From a virus (lineage: Duplodnaviria > Caudoviricetes), in the IMG/VR virus record IMGVR_UViG_3300005841_000037, positions 611 through 64,610 of that record: 64,000 nt of DNA; one strand, written 5' to 3'. A model generated the notes under the pieces. The model did not search any database, was not told where the DNA came from, and saw only the letters and a program-made list of their open reading frames with translations. Positions 1 through 9,607 of the stretch are shown here, piece by piece. The stretch's first letter is position 1. Each line of letters starts with the position of its first letter. The position numbers and the translations under genes are program-made.

Positions 1-792
1 GAGTTCTGCGTCCGGATCAACTACGCAGCACACCTGCAGGCCAACGTCCGGATCAACGCCCTGGGCGCGGAGGCGGTGCCGGAAGAGCTGGCCGCGGGCA
101 TCACCGCGGCCGACTTGGCCCGGCCGGTGCGTATCCTCGGCGACGCGAAGACCACCGAGGGCGCCGCACCGAAGCTCTACAGCGAATACACGCTGCAGTT
201 GACCGGCTACCGCAACGCGGAGACGATGACGCCGAAGCATGCCGCGCCGGAGATGGAACGGCCGATGGCGGAGACCGACGGTGCCGCGATCCTGCAGCTG
301 CGCTACGACCCGGAGACCGGCAAGCCCGCGTACACGTTCCGGCCGGTGGTCACCGACGGCCACGCGATGCGCGCTTTCGAGGCGGTCATCGTCGACGCCC
401 GGTGGGAGGCCGAGTTCGGCGACAAGTCGAACCAGGTCGGCAGCTTCCCTCTCCCCGGGGGCTGGACGTGGCAGCCGCCGACGTTCGAGCGGGCCACGAC
501 GCCGGACGGTAAGCTGTGCGGCTGCGCGGCCTGTGACAACCCGAACGACCCCGACTGCCTGTTCGCGGGCCGGGCGTCACGTCCGCCGGGGCTGCACGTG
601 CGCGAGGTGACCGCCGACGGTGACCCCGCGCCGCCGAAGAAGCGGGCCCCGGCGAAGCGGGCCGCCAAGAAGGCCACCCCGGCGAAGGCTGCCGCACCGG
701 CCGCCCGGAAGCCGTCACCGCTGGCCGACCTGTCGAAGTCCATGGGCATGGGGGTCTGGCCCGAGACCCCCGACGACGACATCCCGTTTTAG
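1..792 (+). CDS. PD-(D/E)XK (Cas4/RecB-like) exonuclease, 5' truncated, with Lys/Ala-rich C-terminal tail
   Basis: Frame open from base 1; motif GDAKT..LYSEYTLQLTGYRNA matches the D-x-K-T...Q-L-x-x-Y pattern of phage exonucleases; ends DDDIPF. Confidence 0.6.
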   Translation, partial: EFCVRINYAAHLQANVRINALGAEAVPEELAAGITAADLARPVRILGDAKTTEGAAPKLYSEYTLQLTGYRNAETMTPKHAAPEMERPMAETDGAAILQLRYDPETGKPAYTFRPVVTDGHAMRAFEAVIVDARWEAEFGDKSNQVGSFPLPGGWTWQPPTFERATTPDGKLCGCAACDNPNDPDCLFAGRASRPPGLHVREVTADGDPAPPKKRAPAKRAAKKATPAKAAAPAARKPSPLADLSKSMGMGVWPETPDDDIPF

Positions 793-805
793 AACGTCTG
801 TTCGA
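790..805. promoter_or_regulatory. SOS (LexA) box-like palindrome
   Basis: TAGAAC-gtct-GTTCGA, 1 mismatch to actinobacterial TCGAAC-N4-GTTCGA. Confidence 0.55.
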
Positions 806-990
806 CAAACCCGCTCGACCCTCACACCGTGCCGACCAGCCACCACCAACCCCATCCCCCCGCATCGACTACCCAGTCCATTTCGACCCCGACTTTGCAG
901 CCCGTCCCACCGCTAGACGAACCGACTGCCCATATCACGCTCCCGCCGCCCAAGACCCCACCGACTTGCCTGCCTCCCACCACACCCATT
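803..990 (+). repeat. Period-5 GAC-(NNNNC)n array 1
   Basis: cgac cagCC accAC caaCC ccaTC cccCC; cgac tacCC agtCC; cgac tttGC agcCC gtcCC accGC. Confidence 0.7.
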
Positions 991-1007
991 CCGGAGGACG
1001 ACTACCC

Positions 1008-2555
1008 GTGATCCGACGCATGATCTCCCGTGACCTCGGCGAATTCCGCGACTTCCAGACCCGCACCGTCGAGGTCGGCCGCATCCGCACCGGTCAGTAC
1101 GTCATTCCCGAGGGGAAGAGCGGCCGCCCGGTGAAGCTGGACAAGTTCCGGCTGACCTCCGAGAAGGAGGAGCACATCCGGGCCGCCGCCGAGCAGTACG
1201 GCGGCGAGGCCCGGCCGTATCAGCCGCAGGGTGGTGGCGCCCAGCAGTGGGAGGTCGTCACCGAGCTGGGCTCCCTGGAAGTGCTGCTGATCAACGGCCA
1301 GCACATCGACCCCGTCTACGAGCAGTGGGGCAAGGGCCGCACGTGCATCCGCCGGTGCGACGGCGTGTGGAACGCGCAGACCCGCGAGGACTGCCTGTGC
1401 AACGGCCCGAACCGGCCAAGCGATCCGCGGCAGCTGTGCAAGATTACGACCCGGGCCCAGGTGATGCTGCCCAGCGTGGCCGGACTGCACGCGTGGCGGC
1501 TGGAGACCCACTCCGAGAACGCCGCCGTCGAGTGGTCGGCGCCGACCGTCGGCGGTCTCGTCCGGATCGCGCAGGTGCCGGTGCCCGCGACGCTGTACCT
1601 GCGCAAGGAGCAGCGCCGGGAGCGCAACCATGCCAGGGGGGAGTTCGAGACCCGCGACTTCTTTGTGCCGACGTTTCACATCCGGCTGAGCGCGCTGGAG
1701 CTGGCGGCCGGGCCGGAGGCGATCACGGCTGCCCTCGTGGCCAACGGTGCGCCCGCGGCCCTGGCCCCGGCGGAGGTCCGCCGGGAGCTGGAGGCGGCCG
1801 CACCCGCACAGACGCCGCAGGCTGGGGCCCGAGACAAAACGAACCCCGAAGAAGTCCCGCCCCAGCCTGCGGACCCGCTCAACGAGGGCCGCCCACTGGA
1901 GGAAGGGGAGCTGCCACGCATCCTGACCGCCATCGAGAACGCTTCCACCCTGGCCGCGCTCGACGTGCTGAAGGACGCGTTCGCCAGCCAGAACGTGAGA
2001 CATCGGCGGGTTTTTGACGCGTGGCTGTCGAAGCGTGCCGGGATCGAGGCCCGTGACGCCGACCAGCTGGCCCAGGAGGCGGCCGAGATCGCGGCGGAGG
2101 CCCTGCAGGACGAGTACGCCAACCGGGAGCCGTACGACGACACGGAGCCGTACATCGAGGGTCTCGACCGCGGTGAGCCGGACTACCCGGTCGGCACGGT
2201 GCTCACCGTCGGCGGCATCGAGTTCACCAAGATCTCCGACAACCCGTTCCCGCCTGGCTCGCCCGCCGCCCAGTTGTTCGACATGACCGAGGCGGCCGAG
2301 ACGGAGGCAGCCCACTGGGATGCGAACCCGCCGGTCGAGGGCGCCGTCGAGGGCACCGGCCTGCCCATGGTGCCCGCGGGCAGCTACGACCGGCTCACCG
2401 AATGGTCGAACCTCCTCATGGCCGCCGGGAAGCTCAGCCCGCCCATGACCACCGAACAGGTCAAGGCCTGGGCCAAAGCCACCTACGGCGTCACCAGCGT
2501 GGAGCAGGTCACCGGGGAGAAGTTCGCCCGGCTGCGCCTGTCCCTGGCGGGCTGA
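1008..2555 (+). CDS. phiC31 gp3-like recombination directionality factor / replication protein with long acidic C-terminal extension
   Basis: GGAGG RBS then GTG; IRTG..GRPVKLDKFRLTS..YGG..QWEV, Cys motifs CDG/CLC/LCK, WRLETHS. Confidence 0.65.
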   Translation: MIRRMISRDLGEFRDFQTRTVEVGRIRTGQYVIPEGKSGRPVKLDKFRLTSEKEEHIRAAAEQYGGEARPYQPQGGGAQQWEVVTELGSLEVLLINGQHIDPVYEQWGKGRTCIRRCDGVWNAQTREDCLCNGPNRPSDPRQLCKITTRAQVMLPSVAGLHAWRLETHSENAAVEWSAPTVGGLVRIAQVPVPATLYLRKEQRRERNHARGEFETRDFFVPTFHIRLSALELAAGPEAITAALVANGAPAALAPAEVRRELEAAAPAQTPQAGARDKTNPEEVPPQPADPLNEGRPLEEGELPRILTAIENASTLAALDVLKDAFASQNVRHRRVFDAWLSKRAGIEARDADQLAQEAAEIAAEALQDEYANREPYDDTEPYIEGLDRGEPDYPVGTVLTVGGIEFTKISDNPFPPGSPAAQLFDMTEAAETEAAHWDANPPVEGAVEGTGLPMVPAGSYDRLTEWSNLLMAAGKLSPPMTTEQVKAWAKATYGVTSVEQVTGEKFARLRLSLAG

Positions 2556-2558
2556 GCC

Positions 2559-2870
2559 GTGCCGGACGCCCTGCCCCTGCGGCCCTGCGAGCACGCCCGG
2601 TGCAAGCGCCGGGTCTTTGACGCGCAGATCATCAAACTCCGCGGCGCCCCCGTCGAGCTGGTGCTCGACGCGGTGCCGCAGACGTGGGAGCAAGGCGCCC
2701 GGCTCAAGATCATCCCGGCCGGTGGCGTCAAGATCACCGTGACGAAGCTGACCGCGACCATGGCGTACAAGGCCTTCGGCCGGGATGTGGTGCTCTACGT
2801 CGAGCACCGCGAGATGTGCCAGGCCGAGCAGCGCAAGACGAAGGCGAAGAAAGGCGCAGGTCACGCATGA
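2559..2870 (+). CDS. hypothetical protein (Cys/His, possible Zn binding)
   Basis: Operon spacing; CxxxxC...HxxxC. Confidence 0.6.
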   Translation: MPDALPLRPCEHARCKRRVFDAQIIKLRGAPVELVLDAVPQTWEQGARLKIIPAGGVKITVTKLTATMAYKAFGRDVVLYVEHREMCQAEQRKTKAKKGAGHA

Positions 2871-3628
2871 CCCCATGGCACCTCGGGCCATTGGCTCCGT
2901 TCGACATTGAATCGACCGGCATCAACACCCGGTCGGACCGGATCCTGACCGGCTACGTCGCCACGGTGACGAGCCGCGCCGAAGGCCGACAGGTCCGGCC
3001 CGGCGCGCAGGTCATCATCGACCCGGGCGTGCCGATCCCGGCGGAGGCCAGCCGGGTCCACGGGTTGACAGATGACTTCGTAAAAGCGAAGGGGTCTGTC
3101 CCCGAGGTCGGCGTCTACTCGATCGCGAAGGCGCTCGCCGACGCGCTGAAGGCCCGCATCCCGGTCGTCGGCTTCAACCTCGCCTACGACTTCAGCCTGC
3201 TGTACTGGGAGTGCCTGCGCCACGGCGTGCCGACCGTCGCCGAGCAGCTCGGCTACCCGCCCGCGGCGCCGGTCGGGCCGATCATCGACGCCTACGTGCT
3301 CGACAAGCACGTCGACCAGTTCCGGCGCGGCTCCCGGAAGCTCGACGACGACCCCGAGAAAGGCCCCGGCGTTGCCTCGCACTACGGGGTGAAGCTGACC
3401 CGGGCGCACGCCGCCGACGCTGATGCGATGGCCGCCGCGCAGATCGCCGTCATCATCGCCGACCGGCATCCGGACATTCCCACCGACCCGGTGGCCCTGC
3501 ACCAGGTGCAGAAGCTGTGGCGCTTCGACCAGCAGTCAGGCCTTGAACGGCACCTGCGGAAGCGCAACCCGGAGGTCAGGGTGGATACTTGCTGGCCACT
3601 CTGCACCAACCCCGACCACCCGAACTGA
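2867..3628 (+). CDS. DnaQ-like (DEDDh) 3'-5' exonuclease
   Basis: FDIESTG (ExoI), VHG, GFNLAYDF (ExoII), AHAADADA (ExoIII); ATGA overlap. Confidence 0.9.
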   Translation: MTPWHLGPLAPFDIESTGINTRSDRILTGYVATVTSRAEGRQVRPGAQVIIDPGVPIPAEASRVHGLTDDFVKAKGSVPEVGVYSIAKALADALKARIPVVGFNLAYDFSLLYWECLRHGVPTVAEQLGYPPAAPVGPIIDAYVLDKHVDQFRRGSRKLDDDPEKGPGVASHYGVKLTRAHAADADAMAAAQIAVIIADRHPDIPTDPVALHQVQKLWRFDQQSGLERHLRKRNPEVRVDTCWPLCTNPDHPN

Positions 3629-3790
3629 CGAACCTATCCGCCCAGTCCCCATCCCTGCCCACGCCCCCTCGACGGGCCTATCCGCCAGCCGATCATTCCT
3701 GCCCTGCGCGACGATCCACACCCTGCCGAGCGACGACCCACACCTCATCTCCGCGACAACCCTATTCTCTCCTGTCCCAGCCGTACTCAA
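3627..3790 (+). repeat. Period-5 GAC-(NNNNC)n array 2
   Basis: gac gaaCC tatCC gccCA gtcCC catCC ctgCC cacGC; gac gatCC acaCC ctgCC; gac aacCC tatTC tctCC tgtCC cagCC. Confidence 0.75.
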
Positions 3791-3801
3791 GGAGCGCGCG
3801 C

Positions 3802-4158
3802 ATGACGACGGAACGGCCGATCAAGATCTTGGCCAAGCTGCCGAAAGGCAACGCCAACGGCCTCGACACCATCTACGACGAGGTGAGGAACCACGGCGCC
3901 GCGTACGCGGTCGTCCGGCTTGTTGCCAACGAGGTGGTGCTGCGCCCCGGTGGTACCCGGGAGCCGAAGCTGACCATCGCCCACATCGAGGGCCTGCCGA
4001 GGCTCGCCGAGGGCGACAACCCGCGCTACGACTTCTCGCTGGCGAAGCAGGGCGAACGGCTGCTGACCGCGGCCCGAGCCCGGCGCACCGGCGAGGATGA
4101 GCCCGGCGACATGGAGCCCATCCCGGGCATGTTCGACACCGATGATCAGGCCGATTGA
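3802..4158 (+). CDS. hypothetical protein
   Basis: AAGGAG RBS, ATG, 118 aa. Confidence 0.7.
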   Translation: MTTERPIKILAKLPKGNANGLDTIYDEVRNHGAAYAVVRLVANEVVLRPGGTREPKLTIAHIEGLPRLAEGDNPRYDFSLAKQGERLLTAARARRTGEDEPGDMEPIPGMFDTDDQAD

Positions 4159-4184
4159 CACGTGCCGTGACGGGGTGATGGGAT
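4155..4184 (+). promoter_or_regulatory. phage promoter/operator (TTGACAC-N5-TGAC family)
   Basis: TTGACA-cgtgccgtgacggggtga-TGGGAT; -35 overlaps the upstream stop. Confidence 0.55.
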
Positions 4185-4192
4185 GGGGGCCG

Positions 4193-4333
4193 GACGCGCC
4201 TGTCCGACCACGCGACCCGTCAGCCCGGGAACAATCCGACCGTGCAACCCCTGAAACCCATCTGGCCGTTCCCCTGACATCATCCGACCGTCACGACGTG
4301 CCACCACCAGCCACAACGCACAGCACGGACCCT
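4193..4333 (+). repeat. Period-5 GAC-(NNNNC)n array 3 (more degenerate)
   Basis: gac gcgCC tgtCC; gac ccgTC agcCC; gac gtgCC accAC cagCC acaAC. Confidence 0.55.
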
Positions 4334-4353
4334 AGAGAGAGTGAAGAAGAGCA

Positions 4354-4818
4354 ATGAATGAACCCCTCATCACCATGGTTGGCAACCTCGCCGACGACCC
4401 GGAGTTGCGGTTCACCCCGTCGGGGGCGGCCGTGGCGAAGTTCCGGATGGCGCAGACCCCGCGGGAGAAGGCCGCGGGCGGTACCGAGTGGAAGGACGGC
4501 GAGCCGCTGTGGATGTCCGTCACGTGCTGGAGGACCTTGGCGGAGAACGTCGCCGAGTCGCTCAAGCGCGGCACGCGGGTCATCGTTACCGGCCGCCTGA
4601 AGTCCCGGACGTACGAGACGCGCGAAGGTGAGAAGCGCACCGTCACGGAGCTGGAGGCGGATGCGGTTGGCCCGGACCTGCTCTGGGCATCGGCGCAGGT
4701 GACGAAGGCGGCCCGGTCCGACGGCGGTTCCCGCCCGGCCCGGCAGGAGTCGGCCCCGGCGCAGCCGTCCGCGGACACGCAGCGCAGCACGCAGCCCGAG
4801 CAGACGCCGCCCTGGTGA
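4354..4818 (+). CDS. ssb: single-stranded DNA-binding protein
   Basis: [47 protein letters not shown], typical actinobacterial SSB. Confidence 0.95.
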   Translation: MNEPLITMVGNLADDPELRFTPSGAAVAKFRMAQTPREKAAGGTEWKDGEPLWMSVTCWRTLAENVAESLKRGTRVIVTGRLKSRTYETREGEKRTVTELEADAVGPDLLWASAQVTKAARSDGGSRPARQESAPAQPSADTQRSTQPEQTPPW

Positions 4819-5075
4819 ACTCGCGGCGTTTCGCCGTCACGTGGGGGCAGCCGCCGGACATGGGGGATCACCCGGATGAACTGCACTGCTTTGCGTGCGG
4901 CCACCCGCTCCCCGGCCGGGCGGCCGTCCAGTGCGGCGAATGCGGCCACGCGTGGCGCTGGTCCTGGCTGCTCAGCCTGCACAGCGCACGGGCTGACTGG
5001 AAATGCATGCGGTATGTGCGGCTCCGGCGTCCGAGCAAGATCTACGTTTGCCCGTGCTGCGCGCACGACCTGTGA
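4815..5075 (+). CDS. small Zn-ribbon protein
   Basis: CFAC, CGEC, CPCC motifs. Confidence 0.6.
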   Translation: MNSRRFAVTWGQPPDMGDHPDELHCFACGHPLPGRAAVQCGECGHAWRWSWLLSLHSARADWKCMRYVRLRRPSKIYVCPCCAHDL

Positions 5076-5159
5076 CCCGGAACCCGGGCACGGCGGAAGG
5101 ATGGCACCACCGGCCCCGGGCGCGGCAACGCCCGGGGCCACCCCCACCTTGGAGGACAC

Positions 5160-6266
5160 ATGACGGTCAGCCCCGACGTCGAACGGCTTGCCGCCCGCCT
5201 CCGCCCGGCCGCGCCGCCGGAGCGGCCCCTCCGGGTGTTCTTCTGGCCTGCTGACGTCACCTCCGGCGTCTTCGAATACCGGGTCCGCATGCAGCGTGAC
5301 GAACTCCTCCGCCGCGGGCACGAGGTGCAGACGTCGCAGCACATGGGCGAATGGGCCCGCGACCACGCCGACGTCATCGTCGGCCAGCGGGTGTGCACCG
5401 GTCCGCCGTCGGCGATGTGGCAAATGCTGGCCGCAAAACCGGACCGGTCGTATGCCCTGGTGTACGAGACCGACGACGACCTCTTCTCGATCGACCCGGT
5501 GACCAACCCGGCCGGGAAGATCTTCCGGCACCCCGAGGTCCGGCAGAACATGATCGACAACATCACGCTGGCCGACATGGTCACCGTCTCCACTGAACCC
5601 TTGGCCAAGGTCGTCAGCCGGTGGAACAAGAACGTCGTCGTGCTGCCCAACTGCATCGAGGCGAAAATCTTCGACATTGAGCCGCCGCTGCGGCGCGGCA
5701 AGGACGACGGCCGGGTCATCTTCGGCTGGCAGGGCTCGCAGACGCACCGCGAGGACTGGGAGTTCGCCCGCGCCGCCGTCGGTGACGTGCTCGCCGCCGA
5801 CGAGCGGGCCCAGCTGAAAATGCTCGGCACCCAGTATTTCGAGGGCCTGCCGATCCTCGACGGCGGCCGCACCACCCGGCTGACGTTCATGCCGTGGACC
5901 GCCGACCTCGACACCCACCACAAGCGGGTGTCCCGCTTTGACGTGACCTTGGCGCCGCTGGCACCAACCCGGTTCAACGCCAGCAAGAGCGGCCTGCGCG
6001 TGCTGGAGAGCTACGCCCTGGGGGTGCCGGTCGTCGCCAGCCGGGTCGAGGCGTACCGGGGCCTGGTCCAGCACGGTGCCGACGGCTTCCTTGTCGGCAG
6101 CCGGGCTGAGTGGCGCACCGCCATGGAGGCGCTGATGGATGCCGAGCTGCGGGTAACGATGGGCGCGGCCGCCCGGGAGCGGGCCCGCGGCTGGACGATC
6201 GAGGAAAACATCCATCGATGGGTGTCGGCGTACCGCGCTGCCGCCGCCGGAGAGAAGGCCACGTGA
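5160..6266 (+). CDS. glycosyltransferase, GT-B fold (GT4-like)
   Basis: YETDDD, VTVST, GWQGS, KS.LRVLESYALGVPVVAS motifs; GGAGG RBS. Confidence 0.85.
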   Translation: MTVSPDVERLAARLRPAAPPERPLRVFFWPADVTSGVFEYRVRMQRDELLRRGHEVQTSQHMGEWARDHADVIVGQRVCTGPPSAMWQMLAAKPDRSYALVYETDDDLFSIDPVTNPAGKIFRHPEVRQNMIDNITLADMVTVSTEPLAKVVSRWNKNVVVLPNCIEAKIFDIEPPLRRGKDDGRVIFGWQGSQTHREDWEFARAAVGDVLAADERAQLKMLGTQYFEGLPILDGGRTTRLTFMPWTADLDTHHKRVSRFDVTLAPLAPTRFNASKSGLRVLESYALGVPVVASRVEAYRGLVQHGADGFLVGSRAEWRTAMEALMDAELRVTMGAAARERARGWTIEENIHRWVSAYRAAAAGEKAT

Positions 6267-6985
6267 ACCCCCCGGACCACATCCACCGCCTCGCGGTGGT
6301 CGCGACGCACAACCGCCCGGCCGAGCTGCAGCGGCTCATCGACGCCATCGCGCCGCAGTGCGACTTCATCGTGATCATCGACAACGCCAGCGACCCGCCG
6401 GTGCCGCACTGGGAGGTTGAGCGGTGGCCGACGGGCCGGGCCGGTACGGAGCACAGCTGCTGGGTCAAGGTCATTCATGATCCGGAGCAGCCGCCGAACC
6501 TGTCCCGCCTGTGGAACCGGGGCCTGCAGGTGGGTGCCGACCTGTTCTCCGGCGGCGAACGCTACGACGTGGCCGTCCTCAACGACGACGCCGTGCCGCC
6601 GCCCCGCTGGTGGGATGCGATGTCCGCGGCGATGCGCAGCACCGGCGCCGACGCGGCCTCCGGGCACCCGTTCGGCTTCCTCGGCCCCGGTGAGGTGCGG
6701 GTGCTCGGCGCCGACACGCCGATGGGGGTATCGAACCGGCTCACCGGCTGGGCGATGCTGCTCCGCGGCGAATGGGACGGTGCCCGGTTCGACGAGACGA
6801 TGCGCTGGTGGGCCTCCGACGACGACATGTCGCACCGCGCCCGGCTCGCTGGCGGCCTGGTTCAGATCGGCGGGTTCGAGGTGCCGAACACCGGTGCCGA
6901 CACCAGCACGGTCGGCGTGCTGGCCGAGCAGGCGGGCCGGGACATGGCCCGCTTCGAGGAGAAGTGGGGACGGCGTCCATGGTGA
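6263..6985 (+). CDS. glycosyltransferase family 2
   Basis: VVATHNRP..IIDNAS..WNRGL..VLNDD. Confidence 0.85.
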   Translation: MNPPDHIHRLAVVATHNRPAELQRLIDAIAPQCDFIVIIDNASDPPVPHWEVERWPTGRAGTEHSCWVKVIHDPEQPPNLSRLWNRGLQVGADLFSGGERYDVAVLNDDAVPPPRWWDAMSAAMRSTGADAASGHPFGFLGPGEVRVLGADTPMGVSNRLTGWAMLLRGEWDGARFDETMRWWASDDDMSHRARLAGGLVQIGGFEVPNTGADTSTVGVLAEQAGRDMARFEEKWGRRPW

Positions 6986-7314
6986 TGCTCAAGAACGGCC
7001 TGAAACTGGCCCCGTTCACCAGCCGGGGCGACCTGGAGCACTGGGCTGAGTACAGCGCCGATGAGTGGCGGCCCAACGATCCGATGGAGCTGCAGCTCGC
7101 CATCGACTCGGTGCGGTCCGGCCGGTCGGCGAAGTACCTGATGTGGGTCGACACCGACGGCCACTCCTACCCGATGTTCGTGTCGGACCTCATCGAGATG
7201 TTGCGCGAGGTGGTCGTCGACCACGGCACGATCCACGCCATGTTCCGGGTACGCAAGCGCGGCCAGAACTATGGCCTGTGCTACTCGGGGCCCGCGCCGG
7301 AGGTGACGCCATGA
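6979..7314 (+). CDS. hypothetical protein
   Basis: Overlaps neighbours on both sides, 111 aa. Confidence 0.6.
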   Translation: MVMLKNGLKLAPFTSRGDLEHWAEYSADEWRPNDPMELQLAIDSVRSGRSAKYLMWVDTDGHSYPMFVSDLIEMLREVVVDHGTIHAMFRVRKRGQNYGLCYSGPAPEVTP

Positions 7315-8024
7315 GGTCCCGCCGCGCCCCGGGTAGCCCGATCCCGCACACCGGCAAGCACCAGTTCCTGCAGGATCTGCACGACCTGCTGCGTCCTGAG
7401 CGGTATCTGGAGATCGGCTTCCAGTTCGGCAACAGCATGTGGGTTACCCGCGAGGACACGTCGGCGTACGGCGTCGATCCGCAGCCGCTGGGACCGGTGC
7501 CACCGAACGGCATGGTCTACACGGCCACGTCGGACGAGTTCTTCGCCCAGTTGCCGTCACCGTGCCGGGCCCCGTTTGATCTGGCGTTCATCGACGGATC
7601 ACACCTGGCCGAGGACGCCCTGCGCGACTTCATCGGCGTCGAGCGGCTGGCCCGGCCGGATGGGCGCACCGTCGCCGTCTTCGACGACGTGCTGCCCTAC
7701 TCCGCCGACATCGCCGAACGCACCCCGCTGCCCGGGGACTGGGCGGGCGACGTCTGGAAGATCACCAATATTCTGGAAACGGTGCGGCCGGACCTGACCA
7801 CCATTCCGGTGCACGTCGAGCCGACCGGCGCCCTCGTCGTGCTCGGACTCGACCCGGCCAGCACCGTGCTGCCGGAGGCGTTCGAGCAGCTCATGGCCCG
7901 CAATGCCCGTGAGTTCTCCAGCGCGGAAACCGCTGCCGGAATTGCCGCCGAGAGCCGCTGGGCCATCGGCCCGGCCGACGCGCTGCACGAGATCCGCTCC
8001 ATCCTGAACATCACGGAGGCATAG
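7311..8024 (+). CDS. class I SAM-dependent methyltransferase
   Basis: YLEIG, GVDP, FDLAFIDGSH, VFDD motifs. Confidence 0.85.
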   Translation: MRSRRAPGSPIPHTGKHQFLQDLHDLLRPERYLEIGFQFGNSMWVTREDTSAYGVDPQPLGPVPPNGMVYTATSDEFFAQLPSPCRAPFDLAFIDGSHLAEDALRDFIGVERLARPDGRTVAVFDDVLPYSADIAERTPLPGDWAGDVWKITNILETVRPDLTTIPVHVEPTGALVVLGLDPASTVLPEAFEQLMARNAREFSSAETAAGIAAESRWAIGPADALHEIRSILNITEA

Positions 8025-8876
8025 ATGCGCATCGCAGTCACCGGCGGGGCCGGGTTCCTTGGCCAGGCCACCATCACGGCTGGGCGTAACGCCGGGCACG
8101 ACATGCTGGTGGTCGACCGCACCAACGAACTGCACCCGGGCGTGATCGTCGCCGACGTCACCGACAGCGACGGGCTGGCCCGCGCGCTCGCCGAGCACGG
8201 CGTTGAGCACGTCATCCACTTGGCGGGCATGCTCGGTACCGCTGAACTGTTCGACGACCCGCACACCGCGGTCGACGTCAACGTCCACGGCACCCTCAAC
8301 GTGCTGGAGGCCTGCCACCTGCTCGGTGCGGGATATACAGGGATTTCAATGCCGCCCGTATTTGACTCCGTCTATACGGCGACCAAGGTGTGCGCCGATC
8401 GGCTGGCCACCGCCTGGCACAAGTCCATGGGCGTGCGCACGTCGCACGTCATCGCCTACAACGCGTTCGGCGCCGGACAGAAACACGGCCCCGGCCACCC
8501 GCAGAAGATCATCCCCACGTTCGCGACGGAAGCCTGGGCCGGGCGGCCGATCCCCGTGTGGGGCGACGGTGAGCAGACCGTCGACCTGATCGACGCCCGC
8601 GACATCGGCCGGATGCTCATCGAGGCGACCCGCTTCGGCGACGACCAGGTGTTCGACGCCGGGACCGGCTACGCCCTGACCGTCAACCAGGTGGCCGACT
8701 ACGTCAACGAGGTCACCGGCTCGACGGCGGGCATCGAGTACCTGCCGATGCGCAAGGGCGAGACGCCGACGCACATCGTCGCCGAAGGCCGCGGGTGGAA
8801 CCTGCTCGGCTGGCAGCCGCTCCTCGACTGGAGCGACCTCGACCAGGCGATCCTCGCCTACCGGCCCGCCGCATGA
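8025..8876 (+). CDS. NAD-dependent epimerase/dehydratase
   Basis: VTGGAGFLG, HLAG, YTATK (YxxxK). Confidence 0.9.
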   Translation: MRIAVTGGAGFLGQATITAGRNAGHDMLVVDRTNELHPGVIVADVTDSDGLARALAEHGVEHVIHLAGMLGTAELFDDPHTAVDVNVHGTLNVLEACHLLGAGYTGISMPPVFDSVYTATKVCADRLATAWHKSMGVRTSHVIAYNAFGAGQKHGPGHPQKIIPTFATEAWAGRPIPVWGDGEQTVDLIDARDIGRMLIEATRFGDDQVFDAGTGYALTVNQVADYVNEVTGSTAGIEYLPMRKGETPTHIVAEGRGWNLLGWQPLLDWSDLDQAILAYRPAA

Positions 8877-9607
8877 CCCGGGTTGCGATCCTGTCGGCGC
8901 TCATGGACGACTACGACACGCTGAAGCCGACCCTGCCGCAGGATGACGCCGACGTGCGGTGGGTGTGCCTCACGGACTCTGCCGCACTGCTGGCCGAGGC
9001 TGAGGAGCGGCTGGTGCCGGACGGCCACCGCGGCGAATACCTCGCGCTGGTCCACCCCACCGGCTGGGAACTCATGCCCTACCACCGGCCGCCGGGCGAA
9101 CATCCGAACCGGGCGGCGAAGGCGCCGAAGGTCAACCCCGGCATGTTCACTGACCGGCTGCACTCGGTGTGGCTCGACGCATCCTTCCGGGTCGTCAGCC
9201 CGCGGTTCGCCGCCGACATGGTGGCCGCCGCCGACGGCTCCCGCGACGGCGTGGCCCAGTTCCGGCACCCGTGGCGGGATGACTGCATGGAGGAGGCCAT
9301 GTTCTCCATCGGCCTGCCGAAATACGCGGGGGAGGCCGACCGGATCGACCGGCAGTGGCGGGCCTACCGCGAAGCGGGCATGCCGTCGGCCTGGGGCCTG
9401 TGGGCCACCGGCGTGATTGCCCGCCACCACACCGACGAGGTGCTGGCCTGGGGTGCGTTCTGGGGCCGGGAGATCGTCCAGCACTCCTACCAGGACCAGG
9501 TGAGTCACCCGTTCGCGTGCTGGCGGCACGGCATCCGCCCGGCCGACCTGCCTGGCACCCACCTGGGCAACGAGTGGCTGGCCTACGAAGGGAGCGGGAG
9601 ACATTGA
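8873..9607 (+). CDS. DUF616-like putative glycosyltransferase
   Basis: YDTL, CLTD, SVWLDAS, HPWRDDC, DQVS motifs. Confidence 0.65.
   Translation: MTRVAILSALMDDYDTLKPTLPQDDADVRWVCLTDSAALLAEAEERLVPDGHRGEYLALVHPTGWELMPYHRPPGEHPNRAAKAPKVNPGMFTDRLHSVWLDASFRVVSPRFAADMVAAADGSRDGVAQFRHPWRDDCMEEAMFSIGLPKYAGEADRIDRQWRAYREAGMPSAWGLWATGVIARHHTDEVLAWGAFWGREIVQHSYQDQVSHPFACWRHGIRPADLPGTHLGNEWLAYEGSGRH

Noticed and set aside
829-1011. Pro/Thr-rich small ORFs over the periodic arrays (also 3589-3801, 60471-60764)
   Set aside because: By-product of C-rich period-5 DNA; no codon periodicity or RBS
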